Shown: in pieces, positions 50,383-62,272 of the stretch
Numbering within the stretch: the first letter of the stretch is position 1
Layout: every line of letters begins with the position of its first letter
Assembly (NCBI RefSeq): GCF_001194135.2
Contig: NC_068989.1
Location: 45,359,208 to 45,423,207, forward strand
Direction: 5' to 3'
DNA: 64,000 nucleotides
Source of the DNA: Octopus bimaculoides
Taxonomy: Eukaryota
The notes under the pieces: generated by a model
Databases searched by the model: none
The model's input: only the letters and a program-made list of their open reading frames with translations
What the model was told of the DNA's origin: nothing
Translations under genes and position numbers: made by a program

Positions 50383-51751
50383 GAACATAAGCTCAGGGTA
50401 TTTCTACTGGTATTATTGACCCAGTTGTTGTCTATTCATCTGTCGTCACTCGTGTTGTTTCCAGCGCCCAGGCACTGTACTAATCATTATTCTCGACCCT
50501 TCTTTCCCAGAAAGTCGGCCTACGGCAATTCCTTCCTTGCCCATCTTTTCCAGGAATGGGGAATTATAATAAAGTTCAAGACCTTAAATGTCATGAATCT
50601 CATTGGTCTAGGGTGTTTTATTTCTTTGAAGGCACTGCTCTTCCCAACAATTAAAACGGGGCTGATATGAAAGAGGCTCTGTGATATTTCTAGTTGAGTT
50701 CCCTCTTATAGGCCCTCTCTTAACCATATCCACGTAATTTAAACAATTTTGATGTGTGTGTGTGCGAGTATGTATTCATGTATGTGAGTATGTATTCATG
50801 TACGTGTGTATGTATGTATGTATGTATGTGTGTATGTATGTATGTATGTATGTATGTATGTATGTATGTATATTTGTATGTATGTATGTGTGTGTCAGTG
50901 CGTCTGTGTGCCTGTGTACCTGTGTGTGTGTGTATGTGTGTTTGTATGTGCGTACGTGTACCATTAACCATCATTGTTTTTGAAGTGAATATATCCATTC
51001 CATCTCATGGGTGATGGTCAAAGCATCGAAGAAAAAATTCCGAGGCAGTACAAAACAGTTTTTACTCCTATCTCAAGGGGTAACTTCTCCGTGTTCATGA
51101 GTGCTGTGTGCGTTTTCATTCACGAACCTTTTCTTGGTTCTTCGAGCCCTATGTACCGACTGAATCCTTGCGTACAGGTCTTGGTTGTGGAATTTGGTCC
51201 AGTAAATTCTCATTAAACTTCAGGAATTAAAGATATTAAAATCTCTTCACAGCTGCGCCCACAATTTTTCAGCTATCTCCAATGAATAAATTTTAATTGG
51301 GTGAATATGCCATGTAATCGATTGGTGCAAATCTAATCTATTACTGATATGTTTAAATTATATATTTTATTGTTATGCATAACGATTCCTTGCTTGACAC
51401 CATTACCTGCTTCTTTCTTGTTTTAAGAATGCATTATTCTGTTGCAAATTTTCAGTCTCTATTTCACCCCTTTTCTCTCTCGCTACAGAGGATTAGTTAA
51501 AGGGACATGGGAAAACTTATACCTAACATCTCACGTCTGACCTCTTATAATATATTCTTTCCACTTGAATGAAGCAGGAGACTAGCAGTTCTCAGACGGT
51601 GTTCCACAGGTAATTTTAGAAAATGAATATTATTACTTGAGTGACTTAGAAAATCATTTTATTCATGAATTTGATATATCATCGACAAATATGAAACAAT
51701 AAAGAAACAGTTTCAATGAAAAGAAATTTAAATATATTAAGAAACTTCCCC

Positions 51752-52072
51752 TAGGCGCAGGTGTGGCTGTGTTGTAAGAATCTTCTTTCCCGACCACATG
51801 GCTCCAGATTTAGTCTCACTCTGTGGCATGAAAAAAAGCTCATAGTATATGTGTGTGTGTGTGTGTTTGCTTGTCCCTCATCACCACTTGACAGCCGGGG
51901 TTCATTGATGTCTTTAGGCTCACGTAACTTCGGCAAAAAAGACCGATAGAATAAGTATTAGGCATAAAAAAAAATTCTGGGAGTCGATGCATTCGATCAA
52001 AAATGTTTCAAAGCGATGCTCCTGTATGACCGCAGTCAAATGACTGAAACAAGTGAAGGAATAAAAGAAAAA
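51752..52072 (+). mobile_element. SINE family A, internally deleted
   Basis: aggcgcaggtgtggctgtgttgtaagaa..accacatgg; tail accgatagaataagtattaggc..gaccgcagtcaaatgactgaaacaag. Confidence 0.85.
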
Positions 52073-52313
52073 GAAATGCACTAAACTTTTTCTCGATATC
52101 CAGTGCCCCACAAAATCAAAATCATTGAGAGCAGCTGCTGTCGATACTGTGAGTTGCGATAGGCATTGAACACAGGAACGTGCGGCACAAAACATATAAT
52201 CTTGATGTCTAACTACCAGGAGAATCCAAGCAATCGGAAAACATCCGGTCACTAACGCGTTACAACTGCTCAAACGGTGGCATGTTGTAACTGTCTCGGT
52301 GTCTTTTATATTG

Positions 52314-52527
52314 CTTTCAAATTTTGACACAAGGCCAGCAATTTCGGGGGAGGGTGTAATTTGATTACATCGACCGCCAGTGTTCAACTGGAACTTATTT
52401 TATCAACCTCCGATAGGACAAAAGGTAACGTCGATCTGGGCGGAATTTGAACCCAGAACGTAAAGGCGGACGAAATGCTGTTAAGCATTTTGCCCGGCAC
52501 GGTAATGATTCAGTCAGCTCACCGCCA
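52314..52527 (-). mobile_element. SINE family B with 18-bp target site duplication
   Basis: Flanks tcggtgtcttttatattg (52296-52313) and tcggtgtcctttatattg (52528-52545). Confidence 0.9.
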
Positions 52528-52614
52528 TCGGTGTCCTTTATATTGAAACTACTCTATATCCCATGCATCTGAACGAGTATACAGTGCTTGACATCAAATC
52601 AGACTTACTCCATA

Positions 52615-52834
52615 TAGAAGGAGGTGCTGAAAAGTTCCTGGCCTTAAGGATATCGCGAAAGGCCTGGCTGGAGACCCAAAATTCCGAGTCCTTTTACAGG
52701 GCTTAGAAAAACTGAAGGGCCACTGCAATAAATGTGTGAATCTGAGTGGGGAATATGTTGAATAAATTCATAATCAACTGATCTTCCTGTATTTTTCATT
52801 ACTCAAGGCCAGGAATTTTTCAGCACCCCCTCAT
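52615..52834 (+). mobile_element. Mariner-derived MITE (about 220 bp)
   Basis: TIRs ga.ggaggtgctgaaaagttcctggcct and aggccaggaatttttcagcaccccctc with TA flanks; interior keeps the transposase C-terminus KCVNLSGEYVE*. Confidence 0.88.
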
Positions 52835-53971
52835 ATGCATTTTTCTCTATTCATCACCTGTATTGTATATCCCTTTCGAAACCCATTTTGATTAATCCTT
52901 TCTCCCCATAACTATACTCTCTGGAACACAGTCCCGAAAAACGCTGTTCCTATTATAAAATAACAAACATAAAAAAAAAACGTCTGCAAAAGTTATGGGT
53001 TTCTGGTTTCTGTTTTACTTTCTCTGCTAAATGAGAACGTAACGTAAAATAGTTTTTAAATCACGTGAGAGAAAATGACTGCAAAGGTGAATAATTTTAA
53101 TGTAAATGTAACCGGATGTAATTTTGATTTACCAAACACCAAAATCTTAGAAACCTATGATTCGTCACCGTGAACAATAGCTTACACCGAATTTTCTCCG
53201 AAATCTATTATTTTTCTTTATTAATTTACACTTGCACTCTAATATGTGTAAACAATTTGGGGGAACTTTTGATTGGCTGTTCAAGCTAGTGACGTCATTG
53301 AATAATATTCCTTCCAATATCCGGCTGATATGAAATCGGCACGATATTTTTATCTCTTTTTCCACGCGAAATTTGACTGGCTGATTTATAATTTTTTCCC
53401 TATGATATCATAGTTATTCTGTGACTAACACTTAGTCATTGGATACCGATTCATTTATCCAGGATATAGCCTCATCAGTTTTAAATATATTTCTACCTAT
53501 ATAGGTATGCATACAGAAACGTAGGTTCTGATGTTGTTGTTGGTATTCCTTTTATTGTTATTGTTGCTGTTGTTATTTTTGTTCGAACATTCATGCGATG
53601 ACTAATCTGCCTTTGATCGTTATATCACGTTATATTACCTAATGTGTCCATTATGATAAGAGAGTAGTGTGTAATGTACGGTAAGTTTGACTGCTATTTT
53701 TAGCCAGTACTATGACCATGTAGAGCGCGTGATACTTTGTATGCAAGTGTGAAGGTGCGGCTGTGATATCAGCAGTTGATATTTAAGAGAATAGGCTTGT
53801 CCTGAAGCAGTATGACACCTATCACCAGAGGCATTCCAGCCGTGACAATCCTGCATTTTTGTTTGCAGTGTGGTTGTATAACAGCTATTTCAAGTGAAAT
53901 TAGACACTCCGTAGAGTGCAGAGGAGTGGTGCGTGTGTGAAGCAAGATGTAAATGCATACGGACATACATG

Positions 53972-54029
<58 letters not shown>

Positions 54030-54571
54030 NNNNNNNNNNNNNNNNNNNNNNNNNNNNNNNNNNNNNNNNNNNNNNNNNNNNNNNNNNNNNNNNNNNNNNN
54101 NNNNNNNNNNNNNNNNNNNNNNNNNNNNNNNNNNNNNNNNNNNNNNNNNNNNNNNNNNNNNNNNNNNNNNNNNNNNNNNNNNNNNNNNNNNNNNNNNNNN
54201 NNNNNNNNNNNNNNNNNNNNNNNNNNNNNNNNNNNNNNNNNNNNNNNNNNNNNNNNNNNATATATCCAAAGGTATGTATGTATGTGCGTGTGTGTATATA
54301 TGTATATGTATGTATGTGTACACTGTGAGTGAGAGACTGAGAAGGTGAGAGAAAGAAAGAAAGAGAGAGAGAGACGCCTGCAGTGATTTTAGGAGCTTTC
54401 GACTGCCGGAGATGACAAGGGTATTGCAGCTTCCGAGAGTATCATTCCTTCCTTCCTTCCTTTCTTTGTTGTATAGTGTAAAACGCTCTCATCCCATGCA
54501 ATCGCTACGCTTAAATACTTGCAGCCGTAGCTTCTCAAATCTAGCGGCAATTATCATCATCATTATTATTA

Positions 54572-54627
<56 letters not shown>

Positions 54628-54766
54628 GTTGTTGTTGCTGTAGTTGTTGTAGTTGTAGTTGTTGTTGTTGTTGTTGTTGTTGTTGTTATCTACAATTTAA
54701 TATGGAATTGTTCATTGCTACCGGATTTGGGCCCTTTTTCCCCATGCTTGTGCGGTAGGCATAACG

Positions 54767-54814
<48 letters not shown>

Positions 54815-55458
54815 GCTTGCTATCTGTGTGTCCGTTTGTGTGTGATGCGTATGTATGTATGTATGTATGTATGTATGTATGTGAAACACACTGACACACA
54901 CATATACATACATACATTCACAAATACACAAAAGTGTCGTATTCGGGTTTATATTTATACGTGTATGTTTCGGTATTATAATAAACTATTATGTATGTAT
55001 AAATATTCATACAGATATCAGAACATGTTTTTAGAAAACAATCTTAAGGACCGTACGTCTGCCGATGTCTATAAATACAATAGCCTATATATAGAACTAT
55101 ACTACGTATAATTTTATAAGTGCTATAGATTATAAATCTCTTGATATGATGTAAATATATATGTGCTCTGTACAGTTAATTTTACACGTAAATAGAATAT
55201 TGATTTCCGAAAAAGTCATGAGGTCTACAGTTCATGGAGAAAATAGTATATTGCTTTCTGACAGTCATACTTTTTTTTTTCAATGGTTTTGGAAGGAGGG
55301 ACACTGCACATAGCTGTTGCAAGCTAGATTTGATGCTTTGTTGAAGGACAGAACAGAGAGGCTACTGCAAGTTGGTGTTGGGTATTGCTAGTGTTTTAGC
55401 ACGGGTTTCAACCAGATCAAGCGAAAATTCTTGTTCGCAAGGTGACTGGAGATTGCAT

Positions 55459-55684
55459 ATATGAAAGGGATGCTGAAAAGTTCCTGACTTTCAGGGTATC
55501 GCAAAAGGCCTGACTGGGGGACCAAGTTTTTGAGTTCTTTTACAGGGTTTAAAAAAAAACCTTTAGGACCGCTGCATTAAGAGTGTGAATCTGAGAGGGG
55601 AATATGTGGCGTAAAATCATCATTAACTGATCCTCCCGTATTTTCTTTTACTCAAAGCCAGAAACTTTTAAGCGCCCCTTCGTA
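55459..55684 (+). mobile_element. Mariner-derived MITE, second copy of the 52615 family
   Basis: tatgaaagggatgctgaaaagttcctgacttt ... aaagccagaaacttttaagcgccccttcgta; interior gtgtgaatctgagaggggaatatg. Confidence 0.85.
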
Positions 55685-57436
55685 ATCTGGCATCCCCTTT
55701 TAGGGCGAAATTTGCGTAGAAACTGTAGTCAGCAGTGCGGAAAGTGTTTGTCGATAGGAGTTTAACAGTTACTGTGTCGGAGAGAAGTTAGAAACATGGT
55801 TTGTATGAAAATATGTGATTATGTGTAGGTTCTAGTCTGGAGTGAAATCCGTGGATGTTTGAGAAGACGAGGGAAATTTACTACATGATTAATTCTATAT
55901 TTTTGGTTACATCGTGAATCAGGCGTACAGTCACTCTGCGTGAAAAGATCTCGGCAATCCGGAGGTGGAAGCCTGGACTGAATGCTTGCACTAGCATGCT
56001 TTCCGCTTTAGGCACCAACTGATACGCCGGGTGACGCAGATTAATCGGACTGCAAAATGTGATTACTACTAAAAGTTAATTTGATTCAGTGAATAAAAGA
56101 ACTGTAACTTGAAATTGAAATTAGTCACCGGGAGCCCGTTCTCTAGTGTGATTGCACGAACAGTTGAAGCCCATATTATATGAGATTTAAAAAAAAGGCC
56201 GGTAGGGGTTAAAAAGCCATAATATTCGAGACCACTGCAGTATATATGGTTTCAAGGAGTTGAAATCAGATTCCAGAAAGGGAATGTCGTGTTCATATCT
56301 TCACAATTCATTCCATGATCTCAAATCTGACTCACATATTCGGTAGCGTATTAACCAAATATGATGTCATTATTGACCTCTATGCATATATACAAGTAAC
56401 TGAATGGTGAGCAATTGAAATTTTTGCTGTTGCCTACTCTAAGAATGTCCTATGGCATTGATATATATAAACGTATTGCTCCACTATCAACCGATTATAC
56501 TCGACCCCTGAAGACTCTATCTATGACTAACTAAGCACATATTACAAAAATTCAAATTACTTTCTGCTTAAAATTGTATGTGGATGAGATATCCCATATG
56601 TAAGATATCTTATTTTTCGACCGAATATGGTTGGTTATTAATATTCATACTATGTATTTGATGTCTTTATATCTTTCCCAAAAACTTCGATATAGAACGA
56701 ACTGTTGTTTTTGTGACACAAGACTGGATTTTTTGTTTTTTCTGATATATGACAACAAGATATGTGCTTCCTTCTTAAGTTTCTACATAATACTTACACA
56801 CCCTAATAACAAGACGCTTTTAGAGATTCAAAATAGCAACCTTCCACTCGTTCTTGTGGTATGGATTATATTTTGATATATATGAAGGGGAATAAGGTAG
56901 AATAGGAAAAACCAGCGGACAAAAATTATAACGGTATTTTGTCACGTTTAAGTTATTCTTATCTATTTATAAGTTCGATAAATACCAGTTCAGTACTGCC
57001 GTCTTTATCATCGACAGTACTCTCCACAGAAACATGTGATCGTCTGCTAATTTTATGAATGATAGGTTATATAGAAGCCATTGTAGTTAATGTAAAGAAA
57101 AAAAAAAAACGGAAAAATGTCCATTTAATTAAAATTGCATGCAGAATGGTAAGAAAAATTAATTAGCTGGTCAAGGAAAACAAAAGAATGGACATTTAAA
57201 TCCAAATTGATTAAACGCTAACAGGTGGAAGGTGTTAATCTTATCTGTAGCAAATACATTAACAGCTCAAGCATGGTCTGCGCTTTTTAGATCTCGTCAC
57301 CTAAGCATGGTATTACCAATAACTTCCAGGTCTTATGTAAGCGAAGCATATAAGATAGTTTCACTGAATAAACTTTGAGAGTGGCATGATTTCTCATAGT
57401 AAATTGCAAGGAAATACAAAGGTGGCTTCTCAATGA

Positions 57437-57440
<4 letters not shown>

Positions 57441-57467
<27 letters not shown>

Positions 57468-57485
57468 CAAAACAAAACAAAACAA
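57441..57485. repeat. (AAAAC)n microsatellite
   Basis: About 9 units. Confidence 0.93.
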
Positions 57486-57712
57486 AAAGGCAAAACAAAA
57501 CACATAGTTAAGTTCCCGTTAACGTACATTATATAGTGACCTAAAATATATCCAATTAATTAAAATTACACAAGTATTGATGGGGGATAATTCTGGTCAA
57601 GAAATGCTGGAGAGACAATTCTGAAATCGAAATTGATTATAAATTGAATGGGTGAAAGCAGTGGAGTGCGAAACCCAGCATCTAAGTTCTTGTAAGTTCT
57701 AGTAATGTTATC

Positions 57713-57753
57713 CTGTACTGAAGAAGTTTAATAATACCGAAACACGTCAGTAG
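57713..57753 (+). ncRNA. Degenerate minimal type I hammerhead motif
   Basis: CUGUA-CUGAAGA-AGU-UUAAUAAU-ACC-GAAAC-AC-GUC-AGUAG; both core boxes and GUC are intact, but 10.1-11.1 is A-C and stem I has an A-A mismatch plus two G-U pairs. Confidence 0.5.
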
Positions 57754-58862
57754 TTATTACAGTACTTGCCAACTATAAGCTCGCTTCCAATTACTCCCAT
57801 TCATATTGTAATTTGTTTGAATTATCGAGTCATTGCGATTGTTTAATTTGTTTCGCTCTGACTGAACATATCTATGATTACAAACAATTCGACGATAAAG
57901 ATGCGTGTATCTCAGGCGAGGCATGTTCATTCAGGTTTTAGATGTTAGAGTGAGATTTGAGGAAGTTTAACAGATATTTCTAACAACGGAAGCGACCATA
58001 CAGAGCATTGCTTCTATTTGGGTGTTTTCGCCTAAGTCTTACTTCAACTAACCATTACAAGTAAAAATTTAATGACTGCTAGTGCAACTTTAAGTAACTG
58101 GAAAATAGTTCTGACTCACTATATTAAATATGTTGACCTTTGTTTACAGCATTTTTCTTTTGTCATACAAATTCGTCCCTCTATCATATTCTTCCAACCC
58201 ACGATATAATTATTTTAGAAGACATCATCTTACATTGTAGATGTATGATGAGAGAGATATGCATTTGCATTCAGCTCTCTTCGTTCAAATATCAAATTTC
58301 ACTGACTTCAACTTTTCTTTACGTCCATCAAAGGGTTTGCTAGAATAAAATATCACGGATGCACAGGGAAATAATTAAACCGCTATACACCTTCCTTCAT
58401 TAAAATTAATTTTGTACACCACCGTGATTGAATTTCTTCTATTTTTGTAGCTTACAATATGTCACAGGCTTACTTAATTCTACCAATGATCTGGTAACCC
58501 ATTCGAGTTACAAACAGTAGCTTTATAAGATAAGTTCCTCTATCCTGTTTCGTCTGTTTCGTGGCGAATTGTTTTATGTACTGGCGGTGTTGTGCATGCA
58601 TGCTGCAATGAGCAAATTATAGATAAATGCACAGGAACAACAACTGTTTTATTTCGAGTACATCTGTTTCGTCCACTTCCTTAGTGGTCACTAGCAACGC
58701 CCATCTATATACATTATTTGCTGCACAGTTAATAAAAAAATCTCCCGTAGTATTTTAATTGATTTGAATTATCGAGTTATTGCGAATGAGTACAAGCAGT
58801 AGAGTGCGAAACCCGGCATCTACAGACTTATAACTTGTAGTAAATCTATACTGCATATAGCT

Positions 58863-59094
58863 GGAAAACTTGGAGAGTGGTTACATGACTTTCTGAAAGA
58901 TAGAAGTCAGTAGTGGTTAATGGAGCCACCTCTATGAAAACACAAATAATGAGCGGTGTTCCACAGGGCACTGTCTTGGGACCATTGTTTTTATAGTCGC
59001 CCTCTCAGGTATGCCCTCAAGTGCCCGGATAGCCACCCTTGCAAGCTATGCAGACGATACGAAAGTCTCGCAGAAAATACAGAACTCCAGTGAT
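58863..59094 (+). pseudogene. CR1/L2-group reverse transcriptase fragment
   Basis: GKLGEWLHDFLKDRSQ/VVNGATSMKTQIMSGVPQGTVLGPLFFIVALSGMPSSARIATLASYADDTKVSQKI; YADD at 59047-59058; one frameshift. Confidence 0.9.
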
Positions 59095-59444
59095 CTTTTT
59101 CTTCTCCTCCTCCCCTTCCCCTGGATTGTTGCCTGTGACAAAGGGAAGGGGGGGGGGAGTCTTCATGTAATACCATATTGGTAGGAGGGTTTTTATCGTT
59201 TTTCCTCAACTCTTTCAAGACGCGCTCCGCCATCTAGTTGAGTTGTATTGATTCCATCAGATTTATATGATGGGCGGAACATCCCCCCTTTGGAGGATAC
59301 ACAACCATAAGATACCAGTAATAGGTTCCTGGTGCTTCTATTCATAACTTGGAATAAAATAGATATTGCAAAAAGACACCAAACCTTGTGTGAATAAATA
59401 TCTTGAAAGGAACTTACTTGGAGCGTTCGAAAAAAGTCTGGACA

Positions 59445-59787
59445 GGGGATTAGTCGATTACATCAACTCCAGTACTCAGTTGATCGACCCTCACGGATGA
59501 AGGGCAAAGTCGACCATTAACCATTTCGCCCAGCACCCTAAGGATTCTGGCAGCTCGCCACCTTATTAATAATAATAATGATTTCAGATTTTTGCCATAA
59601 GGGCAGCTTGGGGAGGGGAGAAAATCGATTACATCGAATCCAGTGCGTAACTGGTATTTATTTAATGGACCTGAAAGGATGAAAGGCAATGTCAGCCCCG
59701 GCGGAATTTCAACTCAAAACGTAGCAACGGATGAAATACCGCTAAGAATTTCATCTGGCGCGCTTGCAATTCTGCATTCTCACCGTC

Positions 59788-59789
<2 letters not shown>
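59445..59789 (-). mobile_element. SINE family B fragments (59445-59565 and 59582-59789)
   Basis: gtcgattacatc..ccagt..gaaaggatgaaaggcaa..ggcggaattt.aactca.aacgta..ataccgctaag. Confidence 0.82.
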
Positions 59790-59824
<35 letters not shown>

Positions 59825-59828
59825 TAAT

Positions 59829-61281
59829 AGTCAAGACGAAGAGCGCGATTCGATTGTAAGATAGCTATTAGTTGAACGATATTTCAACAGTATGTATGTC
59901 TTTGTCAAGTTCAAAATAAGAAATAATAAAAATTCAAAATTACAGAAATTTAAACGTAAAGTATGAATGAGAGCAACCAGCGTTCACACGTTGATAGAAT
60001 GACATCATCAGTTTTTAAGTTACAATTCTATAACAGGCGAAAAGAAAAAGACAGAAAATAATCCACGTCATCCCACATTTATCTCTACCGCCGCTCCGGT
60101 CATCCACACCATCTTATTCGATCAAATCCGAAAACGCAATTTTTGAGGATAAAACGGATTTGTACTGACATAGGGGATTACTGGAAACATGCAAATGCTT
60201 TTGTATGTCATTATGTCAAACGAGGTTACAGTGAATCACGATTAAAGGAAATACCAAACGAAATAACTAAGATTAGCAAAGATAGTCAAACTTACACGCA
60301 TAATTTTAGCAAAAACAATACTATAGATGATAGAATTCCTTTAGTGATTAGCTGGCACCGACATTTCGCTGGCATTTCGAAAGTGTTGCATGAAAGTTAC
60401 CAGCATGTGACGAAAAAATATCCTCGTTTGAAACAGATATTTCCTCAGCCGCCCATTGTAGCCTCTAGACGGAATTAGAATATAAGAGAATTATTGACCT
60501 CTATATCTGACTCCAAGAAAACGAACATTGGAATGTCTGTATGCTGTACCTTAAAGAACAGCTGCAAGAGAGGTAAGCCCTGTTCACTGTGCAACAACAT
60601 GAGTGAAGTGAATTCCATCAGAAATCATAACAGAAATGTTATGATTTATACAGAAGGTGGAACATGTAAAGATTCCCATATGGTGTACGCTGCAGAATGC
60701 ACGAAACGCAACTTAATTTATGTTCGTTGTACAACAGAACGATTAAACAAAAGATTTAATGGGCACAGATTCGACGTCAGGCACAATAACGGTAGTTCAA
60801 CAGAACTTGCTGAACATTTCATTTCAAGCGGCTGCAATTTTGAAGAAGACTTGAAAGTGCATATTCTCAGAAAATATTCTGAATCTGCCCCACTTTCACT
60901 TCTTAGAATGTATGAGGAGAAATAAGTTTGTGGGTTATTAACATCACGCTCTGGAGGAATAAATAAGATGACAGAATATCATCAAATTTATACAAAACTG
61001 TTTGATTGAATATTCTCTCTTTTTCTTTCCTTTTTTCTGTCGTCTTTATTTTTTCTGTCTTTTTCTTCTCGCCTGTTATAAAATTGTAACTTAAAAACTG
61101 ATGATGTCATTCCATCAACGTGTGGACGCTGGTTGCTCTCGTTCATACTTTACGTTTAAATTTCTGTAATTTTGAATTTTTATCACTTCTTATTTTGAAC
61201 TTGACAAAGACAGACGTACTATTGAAATATCGTTCAACTAATAAAATATCTTACAATCGAATCGCGCTCTTCGTCTTGACT
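59829..61281 (+). mobile_element. 5'-truncated Penelope-like element with 3' pseudo-LTR and an inverted pLTR copy at the 5' end
   Basis: About 232-bp inverted arms at 59829-60060 and ~61050-61281 (agtcaagacgaagagcgcgattcgattg.. / ..caatcgaatcgcgctcttcgtcttgact) bracket the ORF; embedded in (AAT)n. Confidence 0.9.
60062..61009 (+). pseudogene. PLE RT thumb, Cys linker and GIY-YIG endonuclease in one frame with two premature stops
   Basis: SHIYLYRRSGHPHH..QFLRIKRICT..RGY..RIPLVISWH..IFPQPPIVASRRN*NIRELL..CKRGKPCSLC..TCKDSHMVYAAECTK..IYV.CTTERLNKRFNGH..ELAEHF..YEEK*V..L.T...GIN; stops at 60476-78 and 60923-25. Confidence 0.92.
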
Positions 61282-61319
61282 GCTTACCTTTGTGAAGAGC
61301 TACGTCAATCCTTTTTAAA

Positions 61320-61322
<3 letters not shown>

Positions 61323-61404
<82 letters not shown>

Positions 61405-61512
61405 AATAATAATAAAAATAAAAATGATGATAATAATAATAAAAATAAAAATGATGATAATAATAATAATAATAATAATGATGATGATGATGATGATGAT
61501 AATAATAATAAT
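61323..61512. repeat. Compound (AAT)n/(GAT)n microsatellite
   Basis: Includes a duplicated aataaaaataaaaatgatgat subunit. Confidence 0.95.
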
Positions 61513-61518
61513 ATACTC

Positions 61519-62018
61519 GCATCTCTTCTGATCTTCACGATTGGAAGTGTTATGTAAATTGTTTTGTCTTGGTATAAAAGATGGGCTACGGCAAATATTC
61601 TGCTCAGTACTTGACCTTAACCAGTTGAGCATTTCCCTTGGTGACTGACGATATGTGCATCTCTGATCACGAGCAGAAGTAGTTGGGGAGCATCATAGCC
61701 ATGTGTTGAGAAGAATTCTTTGGAGTTTGGATAACTTACGTTTGGAAATATGGGTGTTTTGTTCATCATCATTCGACAACCATTATTCAAGGAACTTTCC
61801 AGCGGGATGGGCTATTCGACCTGAACAAGACTGTAACTCGGCTGTAGCTGCAAAGTCATGCGCTGTTTGTCTTGATACGAGATCACCATGTCGCGCACAT
61901 ATTGTTGTGATGCATGTGTATGGTGTAACCTTATCAGACGAGTAGTCATGATGGATATACTGGGCTTCGTACATTTTACCTCAGTGTCACTCTGATGACA
62001 TTCACTGCTTTCTCACTT
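61519..62018 (+). mobile_element. Unclassified (AAT)n-tailed element, same family as 48039-48571
   Basis: See 48039-48571; slightly 5'-truncated; ends tctcactt then (AAT)n. Confidence 0.85.
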
Positions 62019-62031
62019 AATAATAATAATG

Positions 62032-62085
<54 letters not shown>

Positions 62086-62142
62086 GCAATAATATCAACA
62101 ACAACAATAATAATAATAATAATGATGATAATAATAATAATG

Positions 62143-62187
<45 letters not shown>

Positions 62188-62235
62188 TCAACAACAACAA
62201 TAATAATAATAATAATGATGATAATAATAATAATG

Positions 62236-62267
<32 letters not shown>

Positions 62268-62272
62268 AATAA
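62019..62272. repeat. Compound (AAT/AAC/GAT)n microsatellite with a higher-order duplication
   Basis: aatatcaacaacaacaataat..gatgataat block occurs twice. Confidence 0.95.

Noticed and set aside
58451-58493. Candidate second exon for the 40682 micro-exon (tttttgtag|..ctg|gtaacc)
   Set aside because: Phase is compatible but the donor is weak and the peptide LQYVTGLLNSTNDL is unrecognisable; chance match is likely over 18 kb
61098-61130. CUGAUGA in the PLE pseudo-LTR
   Set aside because: Followed by UGUCAUUCCAUC-AACGUG with no GAAA box or GUC in either pLTR copy; a degenerate relic at most
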